DNA from: Salpingoeca rosetta
Lineage: Eukaryota > Protista > Choanoflagellata
Length of the DNA stretch: 64,000 nt
Assembly (NCBI GenBank): GCA_033442325.1
Contig: JAWQFM010000005.1
Location: forward strand, 1,372,542 to 1,436,541
Direction: 5' to 3'
Part shown: positions 32,522-44,575 of the stretch, one piece after another
How positions within the stretch are numbered: the stretch's first letter is position 1
How the letters are laid out: each line of letters opens with the position of its first letter
Notes under the pieces: model-generated
What the model saw: only the letters and a program-made list of their open reading frames with translations
Database searches by the model: none
What the model was told of the DNA's origin: nothing
Translations under genes and position numbers: made by a program

Positions 32522-34740
32522 AGGGGGTTGTTGTTGATGGGTCGACCACATGCGTTTGGGTGTCATGGCGTGTGTGTAGTACCCACATAACGTTTTTCTT
32601 AAAGCAAGAAACTATGTACCGACTTACCAAAGCACGCTCGCTCACTGACTCACTCACCCACACGCACACATGCAAATGCACGTGCACTCGCAAACGACTA
32701 CATGTACATACATGCATAAACACACAACACCTCCAATGCTAGACTGGCCGCGAGCATTTGCAGATGTACGCGCGACTGCGCGGTGTTCCTGAAGACCGCA
32801 TCACTGCTGTTGTTGACGATCTCACATCCCGCCTCTCCCTCACCCAATATGCGGACAAGCCAGCGTACACATACTCTGGCGGCAACAAGCGCAAGCTCTC
32901 AACAGGTGTGTGTGTGTGTGTGTGTGAGTGTGTGTGAGGCATGTGGGCATGTGAGCATGTGTGTTTTACCTGCCATGTGTGTGTGCGCGTATGTGAGCAG
33001 CTTGCATGGTGTGAAAATATCCAGGTCGACATGCACTTGACATGCGCTTGCACTACACCATTGTGTATGCCTGCTCAACACAATACTTACATCGAGAGAC
33101 ACACATGCATACGCACGTATATGCACATCTCGCAGCCATTGCGCTCGTTGGCTCGCCGAGCATCGTGATGCTTGATGAACCAAGCACGGGCATTGACCCT
33201 GCATCAAGAAGGTTTCTCTGGTCTGTGTTGGAGCAAGTGACTGCGCAAGGGCAGTCCATCATTCTCACTTCCCACAGCATGGAGGTACGACAACTTACGT
33301 GCGCTTGTGATGGATGTAAACCTGATTGCTGTACACTGTGATTCTTGGTGGTGTGCATGCATGTGTGTGTTTGCAGTGACCTTGCGACCGCTCTTTGAGA
33401 AGGGCAAGCGTTGACATCCACACACCCTTGCACACACGCGCGCACTGTCACACACACACACATACGCTCACACACACACACACACCTTTGCACATACACC
33501 CTTGCACACACACACGCGCACTGTCACGCACACTCCCCCCCCCCCACACACACACACACACATACGCTAACCCACACTGCATTTGCAGGAGTGTGAGGCG
33601 CTGTGCCAGCGTCTGGCCATCATGGTGAACGGCCGGTTCAAGTGCATTGGCGGTGTGGGCCACCTCAAACAAAGGTCAACAGTGCCGTTCATGCGACACC
33701 ACGCAAGAGCTTGTCTGCGGCTGAGATGGTTGAGGGATCACAAGAGTGTTGTCGTCACTGCACTCTTTCTCATGCTTGACTTGTGCATTGCACCGTGTAG
33801 GTTTGGGCGCGGGTATTCCCTGCAGGCGCGGGCGAAACCAAACGAGGACGGGACCGCTGGCGACACGACAGCCCTGAAGCTGTTCGTCGAGGCCAACTTC
33901 AACGGGGCTGTGCTGAAGGAAGAATACAACGGCACCATCACATATCATGTGCGTTTTGTGGCGAACACGTGTGTGAGGGCGGATTTTTTGGGAAAGGGGA
34001 CAAGACGGGACAACAAGCGACAAGAGAATGTCCTCAACTGCACTTGCTCACACTTGTCCGAACACACAAACAAGTACACTCACTCACAAACAATCATACT
34101 CACTCACAACCTCTCACACACTCACAAACAATCACAACCACACACACACACGCACACAGATTGAGAACGAGACGCGGTCATGGTCGTACATGTTCTCCAA
34201 GTTGGCGGAGGCCAAAACGCGCTTCTCACTGGACGACTACAGCTTGAGTCAAGTCTCGCTTGAACGGGTAAGTCATGCTGCATGGTGCTGCTGGCTTTCC
34301 TCGAAATGCCACGTGTGTGACGTGTGTGACGTGTGTGACGTACTCCCAAACACTCCACACCGTTGTTGCCGTCGTGGCATCTGCTGTGTGTGAATCGCAA
34401 CATGTATGTTGACTCCACCACCGCCTGTTGTCTTCGGTGCATTGTCACATCATGGAATTCACGTTGACCCCTGCACTGCGTGCGCGTGTTCTTGTGCATA
34501 CATGTGTTCTTGCACGTGCAGGTGTTCCTCCACTTTGCTGCCGAACAGCGTGAGGACGCGGCAGAGCGCAACGGCCTTCTCTCGTCCCACAAGAGCCAAA
34601 GCCAAAGCCAAAACCAGAGTCAGACCCAGAGCCAAAGCCAGAGCCGCAGTCAAACTCGCCAGGCAGGCGGTGCCGTGCACTCACTGCAAGAACCACTCCG
34701 AGACCATCACAACAACGACACGGAAACAATCATCATCTAG
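21993..34740 (+). CDS. ABCA: Full-length ABC transporter subfamily A (ABCA3-like), multi-exon
   Basis: N-terminal [16 protein letters not shown]; [17 protein letters not shown]; [13 protein letters not shown]; NBD1 [29 protein letters not shown]; [14 protein letters not shown]; NBD2 [46 protein letters not shown]; [13 protein letters not shown]; stop TAG 34738-34740. Confidence 0.95.
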
Positions 34741-34844
34741 TGCGCGTATGTGCATGCGCATCAGGCTACTTGTCAGTGATCCGTGCTCAAGCGCGGTCTG
34801 GACTTGTGTGAGCACCATTCTTTCTCGTCCTCTCTTTGTTGTCG

Positions 34845-34872
34845 ATTGTTGTTGTTGTTGTTGTTGTTGTCG

Positions 34873-34950
<78 letters not shown>
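34845..34950. repeat. (GTT)n trinucleotide microsatellite between the convergent ABCA and peptidase genes
   Basis: Visible run of more than 30 gtt units with one interruption. Confidence 0.95.
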
Positions 34951-35260
34951 CTTTCAGCTGTCGTTTAAGTTGTTGTTTCAGTTGTTGTTGTTTGTGTGCT
35001 GGCTTGTCTCATGTGGCGGGATGCTGTTGTGACTCCGTATCCATGAGAAAGTCGTCAAAAGGAAGAGGAGTAGGCATGTCTACTTGGTGCGAACACGAAC
35101 GTCTCAAGGGAAGGGGAAGAGAAACAGAGTGGCAACACAACCAACAACCAAACCAACAAAGAATCTATCGAACAAACAAACCAACAAACGAACAAAACAA
35201 CCGAGACAGTTGAGCAAACCAAACCATCAACCAACTCGTCAAACAGAATGTTGGGCTGGC

Positions 35261-35613
35261 CTACTTGTTCTTGGTCTTCTTACCCTTGTGCTTGCGCTGT
35301 TGCTGTTGCTGCTGCTGCTGTTTCTTCTTCTTCTTCTTCTGCTCCTGCTGCTTCTTCTGCTGCTGCTTCTGATTTGGGGCCTTCTTGTTCGTGCCGTTGG
35401 CGGGCTTGCAGACTGGAGCATCAGGTGCAGGCCACACCGCATACTCCCCGCGCTCTCGCAGCTGCTTCGACGTCACGCTGTCGTGCGTCTTCTCCAGCGG
35501 CACAACTGCAGCGTCGCCACGTTGTGGTGGACAAGATGGTGAGGAGACAAGGGGTAGGAGGGGGTGAGTTGAACAAGGCTGCCTGGACCTCACTTGTCAG
35601 TGCTCGGAGCAAG

Positions 35614-35664
<51 letters not shown>

Positions 35665-38600
35665 CCAAAGGCAACACGCTTGCCCTGCCCCTGCATCCAC
35701 GCACGTACCTGTTTCCTGCGTGCTGTTGACGGCGATGACGAGCACTGCGCGCTCTTTGCTGGACGGGTGGAGGTAGCGCATGTACATGTCAACCACCTGC
35801 AACGTACAGCGGTGATGGACGTTGGAAGCAGCACACGGGTTGCAGTGAGATTGCTCGATTGCAAACGACACGATGGTGCAACAGCTATTCAAAACATCCG
35901 CAAACGCACGCACACATGCACACACATGCTCAAGCTGAAAGCAAAGCCGCTGCAGATCACACAACGCAGCGAAGGCGCCCACCTCTTTCTTGGTGATGGT
36001 CTTGAGATGTTCGGCTTCGACGCTGTGGGAAAACGTGAAAATGCGTGCTGGCAGTCGTGTGGAGGTTGGAGAAACGTGTGGTGTGGTGTTGTGTATTATG
36101 TGAGTGGAGAAGGCGCGAAGAAAAGCAATTGTTGAGGCCGTTCACACACTCTCTTGTACATGACAGCTGAAGCAGCAATTCAGCCAAAACAAAAAATCAC
36201 TTGACGCATGTACCCCTTCTTTCACGCACCGCGAATTGAGAACCAAAACTTGCTGATGCGGCGGTCCTGGTTGGCATCGGGCGCCAGCAGTGCATGGCGC
36301 AGACTCTCCTTGTGGCTGATGAACATTGCAGCGACGCAGCGTGGTGTGTGGGTGTGTGTATGTGTGCGTGCGTGCGTGCATGAGTGCGTGTGTTTGCGCG
36401 TGCTTGCGCGTGTGGCAAGGTGACAAGCGCAGCTATCGGTGCGGCAATTGCGCAAGACCACATGAGAGCAGCTCCCATCAGCTCACTCTTCGAAATCGCG
36501 GCTGGACATCTTGCGGAGTTTCTTTCCGAAACGGCTCAGAAACGCTTCCACACGCTCAATCATCGTGTTGGTTGAGAACTTGTCGCTCTGCCATGTGAGT
36601 GTGCCACAATGAGTGGGTGCAAGTGGTGAGTACAAGACAAACAGAGAGTGTGTTGGTGAGTATGAATGTGAGTGAATGTGAGACTTGCATTGAATGTGTG
36701 CATGAACATGGCTCACGCACATCAGAACAGCACGAAAAGAGAGAGTGTGTGCATGTGTGCGTTGTGTATGAGTTCGCACCGGGGAGGAGAGCTCTGCGAC
36801 AAATCCGGGTTTGTTGTACGTGTTTCGCTTCGAGAGACTCACAGAGTAGCCCAGCTGCTGTCTCGTCCGAAGGTCCTGTGTATGCACATGTGTTGATGTC
36901 AATCCGTCACAAACACACACACACACACACACTCACACTCACACACTCGCACATGACCAAAACAACAGGGCATTGCACCAAAGCGATCGGGCCTGCTGCT
37001 CAAAGAAAGCCACACACGCATCCACCAATCTCTCACATGCAAGCGAGTGAAGCGTACGCACACACGCACGCACACACACCTGAAAGAACGGCTCTTCAAC
37101 CATGTTGGAGAGGAGGCGGTGAGTGGCCTGTGCGCGCTTGTCTGTTTCCTGTACCTGAAAGTACATCTGTAGCGCATTGTTCACATCCTGCTCGTTCCTG
37201 TTCTCCGCCCGGCACAACAGAAATCCTGTGCGTGTGCGTGTGTGTGCGTGTGTGTGTTAATGTGTGTGTGTGTGTGTGTGATGGTTTGAAATACGTGGCA
37301 GGGCCATGTTTCCCAGCGTGGCCTCCTCCAAGGTGGCAGCATCATCTGCGAGCCACCTCACCTGGCGTCAGCTTGAGCACGTGCTGCTCGGAAAACTGGG
37401 AATACGGCGTGGACGGCCGGCGCTGCTGCAACTCGCTGTACACACACACGCATACACACACGCATACACACACGCATACACACACGCATACACACACGCG
37501 CACACACATGCATACGTACACATCAATACACACATAAAACACATGTGAGGCAATGAAAATGAGAGAGGTGCCCATGGGCGACTTCTGAGGAAAGAATGAC
37601 ATGCTATGAAACAACAAAAGGCGGAGCAGCGCGCATCAGCACGCATCAGCGCCAAGAGCAATCGATACACCTGATGAAATAAAGGACGTCAGCAGACACA
37701 TGAACGTAAGAACGCTCGCGGGTGCGGTGACACACCTGAGGGCGGACATTGCGTCCTCCTTCGTTGCGTTGCCATGGACATAGAGCACCGCCCTGTTTGC
37801 GCGCATGAGCTGCGAATACAGCGATTGCATGTCCTGCAAGCGTGTTGTGAAGCAGTGCACCCAAACATGGGCAGGTGGTGGAAATCAGTTGATGGTGGGC
37901 GGTATCATCGTACAGCACCAAGACAGCAGCACGTTCTCACACGACACCAACACCCTCACGCGCAAAGCAGAAGCACACGCAGTGTTCTGCCAGCTGCCGT
38001 CCCACACGCGATCACACACCTTTAATGACATGCTCTTGAGAGCGGTGTACATGTCCTCAATCTCAAAGATGCGGGGGCACAGACACGTCAGCCGAAGCTC
38101 CCTGCGTGAGTGAGTGAGTGAGTGAGTGAGTGATTTACAGGGGTGTGTTTGCGTGTTCCACAATGAAAACGTTTCGACACCTGGCGACGTTGGATGGGTC
38201 GAGGGATTGATTGTACAGCGAGCGAAGCAGCTTCTCCTGCACACACCAGAGCAGATTCGTGTATGCCCACGTGCGTGTGAGTGAACTGCACATGACAGCA
38301 GCATCAGGAGCAACGGACAGAGCAAGACTGTGCCGTCGACAGCTGCAAGTGCAGCAACACACGAACATACAAACACCACGCACACACACACACACATGCA
38401 CTTCCTCCCCAACCAACCAACAACGCACGCACCTTTGACATTGCAAACACGCCAGCATCAAACGTGAGGTGGAAAATGCGAGAGCAAAGAATGCGGAACA
38501 CGAGGTCGACTTTGCTCGAGTAGCCCGTGACGGAGAACGAAATCCCAAGCTGCAGATGTGAGTTGTGATGCGGTGTGCGTGAAATAGTGCGTGAGAAGGA

Positions 38601-39918
38601 GGATGGGCGACACTTGTACGTGCATGTGCGTGTGTGTGCGTACAAATGCGCTTTCAGTGTGCGAGTGTGTCATGCATGCATGTTGTGCGCCGGGCCGCGC
38701 ATCAGTAAGCGAGGTGCCTTGCCAGAGAGTATTACATGAACCAAACCTCGTCGCTGCGAATGTCGTACTCGAGGTCCGCAATCTCTGCCTGGTACAGCTC
38801 CTCCTGTTGCCGCACGACAACGACACACACACACGTGCGCGCGTGCAAACCCAACCCCTGTGAGAAGCACAACCATTCACACATACACAACAGGCGCACA
38901 CCCTCCTGCTCATCGCACAAGACCAGCCCAGCACCTGGCATGCAAAGGGTGCACCACTTTCGTTCTGGCCAGACCTTGAGTTCACGGCGAAGAATGGTGA
39001 CGAGGAGCTGTCCTGCGATGCGGCCGCGCGCCGTTTCGGTCATGACCGAATTGCACAACTGCACCATTCTAAACGTTTGGAAGCACACATCGCGGTGGCA
39101 TGTGAGCACAGGCCACACACACGCACGCACACTCACGCACAAATCAAATGCAACCATGCAAACACAGAAAATATGCGTACACGGCGCCACGTGCAAGCGT
39201 GTGCATACACAAATGTGAAACGATGTGCCCACTGCTCACTGTGTGCGCACCACACGAAACACACACGCACACACACACGCACACGCACGCACGCGCACAC
39301 ACGCACGCATGCACACACACACGCGCGCACACACACACACGCACGCACGCGCACACACGCACGCATGCACACACACACACACACGCACACACACACGCTA
39401 TTGACCGACCCAACTGCAATTGTGCACTCACATGCCGGTTCGTGGCACGTGATGCGTGTTGTCGTGCAGATGCCAGCACTCAATGTCCTTGGTGGAGAAG
39501 ATGACAACGGGCTCCTGGTTGCACACGTGTGTTGGTATGCATGAGAGATTGCTGTCCCAGCAATTGCAGTCGTGGTGCGACAAAATCAAAGGGAAGATGT
39601 GTTCACACACACACACATGTGAGTAGCCCGCACCTTGTTGGCGTCCGTCTTCTCCTTAAACTCAAAGTCGGAGGCAACAAAAGGGTTTGGAGGCGGCATG
39701 TGCAGGAATGCAGGGCAGGGCGCTGCTGGTGGTGGTGGTGGTAGTGACAGTTGATTGGTGGGTGAGTGACAATGCGTTTCCTTGTTGTGAATGTTGAAAT
39801 CATGGTACTTCAGTCAACGTGCAGTCTGTACAGCCAAGTGCAGACTCGCAACCCACATGACGCACATCCTCATGCTCAAGCAAGCCACAATGGCACCATA
39901 AATGGCACACACACACAC

Positions 39919-39963
<45 letters not shown>

Positions 39964-40196
39964 ACAGAACCACCTGGGCAACGTACTGTCTCCGGCCTCG
40001 ATAGCGAGGGCTTCATCCGTCCAATCGGGCGGGAACGACTGCTTGGCGTACTTTGTGCCAAACCACCGCTCCTCCAGCGTACACATGTCCGCAACACTCT
40101 TGCTCGACACCACAGCCAGCATGTTCCCAAACGTCAGCCGCCCTGCAGTAACGGCGGGGACGGAGTGTGAAGGTGTGATGTGCGTGTGTGATTTGC

Positions 40197-40262
<66 letters not shown>

Positions 40263-41735
40263 TTGTGTGTCTTTGTGATTTGTGAGTGGACGAGCGGAGT
40301 AGAAACCCCTTCAGTCACCTCCTGTCATCACCGCGTATCCTCCTCATCACCACCGCTACCAGTCGGGTACCGATGAGTTTAGTGATGGTGTCTGCGTCGT
40401 AGTCCATGATGACGACGTCGCCGTTGAAAATGTTGGCGTCCGGATAATACGGCATCTCGCACGCCGCGCCCTCAACAAAGTCAATCGATTCGCTGTCTTG
40501 CTGGAACCTGCAGCCAACCACATCCACAGCGTGCACAGATAGGAGTTGAGGGACTGAACGTGCTCACAACACATGCCAACATACACCCGTGTATGTGTGT
40601 GTGTGTCTGTGCGTGCGTGCGTGTGTGTGCATGTATGTGTGTTCGTGTTCACCTGACCACGTGTAGCTGTGCATGTGCGCGCATGCTGCAAAGAGAAAGA
40701 CACTACCACGCCTGCAATTGCAGCTACACGGACGCTTACGCGCAGGCGCATACCTGAAGTGGTTCTCGGAGATTTGCTTGCACTCGTCGAAGAAGTGGCG
40801 CTGTGGACCGGCTGTCCGGATCATTGTCAGGTATTGCATCACGATCATCACAATCTCTCGCACGTGGCGCAGGCCCTCATCCGTGAGCGTCAGCACAATC
40901 TGTGGTGCATTGCACAAAGGCACAGCATGAGACCCGTGAGAATAGGATTGTAGTCGAGACCATCACAGAACAACAACAACTTAAACAACAACTTAAACAA
41001 CAACTTAAACAACAACTTAAACAGCAGCAGCGGCAGCACCTGGAAGAAGCAGTGTCTGCTCGACGCCTCGGCGCCATCGCCGGAATTTCCCGCCGTGAGT
41101 CCAGTGCACCACCGCAACTCTTGCAGGCGGTGGAGAATGGATCCTTTTCCCTCGTGGCCAACAAGCTCAGACACGTACATCATCGGCTTGACACGCCATG
41201 TCTCAAACAGCGATTCAAAGTTCCAGATGAGAACTGGCACGTGCGGTGTTGCCATGACGTGTAAAAGCAAATCGGCAAGAAGTGGGGCGCATGTACGCAT
41301 GTACGTGCATTATGTGAGGGCAGTGAAACATGCCATCACCATGTGTGCACGTGTGCGTATGTGCATGTGGATTTGTGCTTTCATTCCCAAAGTCATCGTC
41401 AAAGGTGGACAACAAACACGTGGTTCAAGCAACACGTCCCCCCCCACCCACCCCAGATGCCAATTCCTCAACAAACGCACACAAAACAAAGGCGCTTGAG
41501 TGGATGACACTGCCACTTACAGAGCTCGTGGTCGTCCTTGATTGGGGCAACAAAGAAGAGCTGGTGGAAATCTGCTGTGTTCCACGCGTGCTCCCAAGTC
41601 GCCGGAAAGGTTGTCCCGTCGTTGCGCAGAGGACCTCGGCCGCGCGGAATTGCGGACAGCGACGCCTCTGCCATCGCCTAGGGGGGTGTCATCGTGGAAC
41701 GCGGGCGTGTGTGTATGTGTGATGTGCGTGTGCGC

Positions 41736-41799
<64 letters not shown>

Positions 41800-44086
41800 C
41801 AGAGAGATTGAAAGAAAAGAGGACAGTCTTGTGATAAGCACGTTGCAAAATCACACAGTCACACACCCACACAAGCTAGCAGACGCAACGCAACGCAAGG
41901 CCGCTCAAGTCCACCGCCACAGGCTCCACGAACCAGAATCAACCCCATCGACCCTAAATCATTCCACGGCAGGCACATCCAACCCACTTGCAGCTCATCC
42001 AGGGACTGTGGACCGCGGACAACGGCACACATGTTCTCCGCATTGTAGTGCTTTGCGTGGAAGTCAAACAGCAACTTGCGGATGTCTTTGCCAGCCTGGT
42101 GTCAGAGCCGACAGCAGCACCCGTAACGGTGGGGGCACGGGCAGAGGGTGCAGCGCACAGGCGCGCGAGTGACTCAGGTGACATGACAGCAACCATCCAC
42201 ACATCCACATACACAGATAAACACGCACACATTTTCTCACGCATCGGTATCCTGCAGGACCGACAAGCACACATGTATGTGGTGCAGGGTGGGAATGTGA
42301 CCTGCAAGCCACATGCAAAGCGAAGGTTTTGTTGGGATGTGACAAACACACCTTCTTTGGGAGGTCCTTCAGGGATTCATCATTCCCCCACGTAAAGTGC
42401 GCCAACACGGAATCTGGACAACAGACAATACATGTGAACGAGCGAGTGCTGTGAGAAAGGGAGAGAGCGTGCGTTTGTGTGTGTGTGTGTGTGTGTGTGT
42501 TGCGATACGAAATCTCTTGTGTCTTTACTCACACGCACACACACGCGCGCGCGCCAGCATCGAATTATATGCTTCGTCATGAAGCGTGTGTGCGTGGTGC
42601 ACGAGCAGACCTTTCCTGGCGTGCGCGAACACGACTTGCTGCGTGCGGCTGTAGTCATCCTGCAGCGCAAGTTTGAACTCGCTGTCCACAGCCTGCCGCT
42701 CACGATCAACACTGCACGCAGAGCAAAGTTGGGATGATGTGGATGGGAGGGATCACGCAGGGTTGGCACGGGGGATGAGGAGGGGCTCGTATAGCAGTCG
42801 TGAGCACAATCACACCAGTCTCGCAGTTACAGCCTCCTTGCAGAATGCAAATTGCAGTGGCAAACGTGACGTGATACGCACAAACAGCACAAATGCAAAC
42901 ACACATGCACACACACATACAACACAACACAACACAACACAACACAACACAACACAACACAACACAACACAACGCACACGCACGCCACGTACGCGTCGGC
43001 CAAGAGGAGGGGATCGACAAAGAACTGGGCAAAGATATCGAGGGCCTTGGAGAGGTGTGGCGGATCGATGTCAAAGTAGAAGCAAGTCTGCTCCGCCTCC
43101 GTATGTGCGTTGGAGTAGCCGCTGTGGCTCTGCAAGAAGTCTTCCAGGGCGTCCTCTTCTGGATACTTGCTCGACCCCATAAACACCTGAGGCCGCAAGC
43201 GAAGGTGTCGCGGTTGTTGCAAGGCAGTCAGTGCGCAAAGGCGACACGTGCCGCAACGCGGATGTGAGGCAAGGTAATTGGAGCGACTGACAACCATGCA
43301 CATGGCCTACGAGAGACAACCATCGCAGCTCCACGGATCACACAGCACACACACACACACCATGTGTTCGAGGAAGTGGGCAAGGCCTGGTGCCTCTGGT
43401 GGGTCTTCAAAAGAGCTGAAATCGCCGTGGTTGCAACAAATGGGGGCGGGGTGACATGTCTGACACAAGCAACTGGTTGCAGACGAGCACAGCAATGCGC
43501 AACAGGTTCACGCACGCACGAACGCGCGCACGCACGCACGCATATGAGCGTCCTCTTACCCTGCGGCGATGGACAGGGCGACCGCGGCATGGCGCTCGGC
43601 AACGTCATCGTCTCCTTCATCCTCGTCACTGCTGTCCTCGGCATCAGTTGTGTCATCTTCAGCGCTGGATTCCGTGGCGCTCTCTGCATCGTTGTAACAC
43701 AAGTGAATGATCAAGGTGACTCAAGGCCATCCATGATGGTGAATTGAAAAAAACAATGACAGGACGAGGACACAGATTGCAGCACAATGTCGCCACAGCC
43801 TAGCGACCTCCTCCCGGCCCCCATGCGCACCACATCCTTGGAGGCGATGAGGACCACACGCTTCCACGGGCTCGTCTTGGACCAGAAGAACTCGGAGATC
43901 ATTCTTGAGCCTGCACAAGCGAGGTTATTGTTTGCAGTGGCATCGTGAACGCATGTGAAAACGCACCGCTCCCCCACTGAGCAAGCACGCCACGGCGCAG
44001 TTTGAGGAAGACAAGTGCGCGCTGCCACACCTCTCTGCCACCTACCTCACGATGCGGTACTGCTTTCGGTCAACTTGCGGCACCAT
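35261..44086 (-). CDS. NRDC: M16A metallopeptidase, nardilysin-like (insulinase family), many exons
   Basis: [21 protein letters not shown], acidic insert [58 protein letters not shown] (HXXEH), [46 protein letters not shown]. The last exon ends in a K/Q-rich tail with stop at 35261. The start is uncertain (ATG 44086, or upstream in-frame ATG 44344). Confidence 0.88.
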
Positions 44087-44575
44087 GGGTGCAACTGGGG
44101 AGACACGCGTGCCAGCATCGCCGCTAACGCGTTGAACGCGATCATGCAGCCATAACCGCCCAGCCCACCACGCTTCCGCCAGCCCCCACACCACGCACAG
44201 CCCAAACATCTCCTCTCGACAGTTCTCGACACCACAAAAAAATAGGCAACCCCCAACTGTACAGCGCAGGTTTGACATAAGAGAGGAGACTTGACCTTCT
44301 TGTAGCCTCGTGACTTGTTGATGCTTCCGTCCAACTCCAAGCATCCCACCGCCTCAGCATCCCACCAGCGAAGCGAAAGCAGCTGACTCAGTGTGCTTCA
44401 ATTGCACCGTACAACTGCAACTCTGTGCTGTTGATTCATCGTCATAGTTAATATTTGGCACAAGAATCACTGGCCTCCTTTTATCGCCTCCCTTGTTCTC
44501 TTGTCCGTCGCACACCACTGCTTTCTGTTTGCTCGTCTTTCAGAATGTGTGAATGTTGTTGCTTTAATCTTCTCA

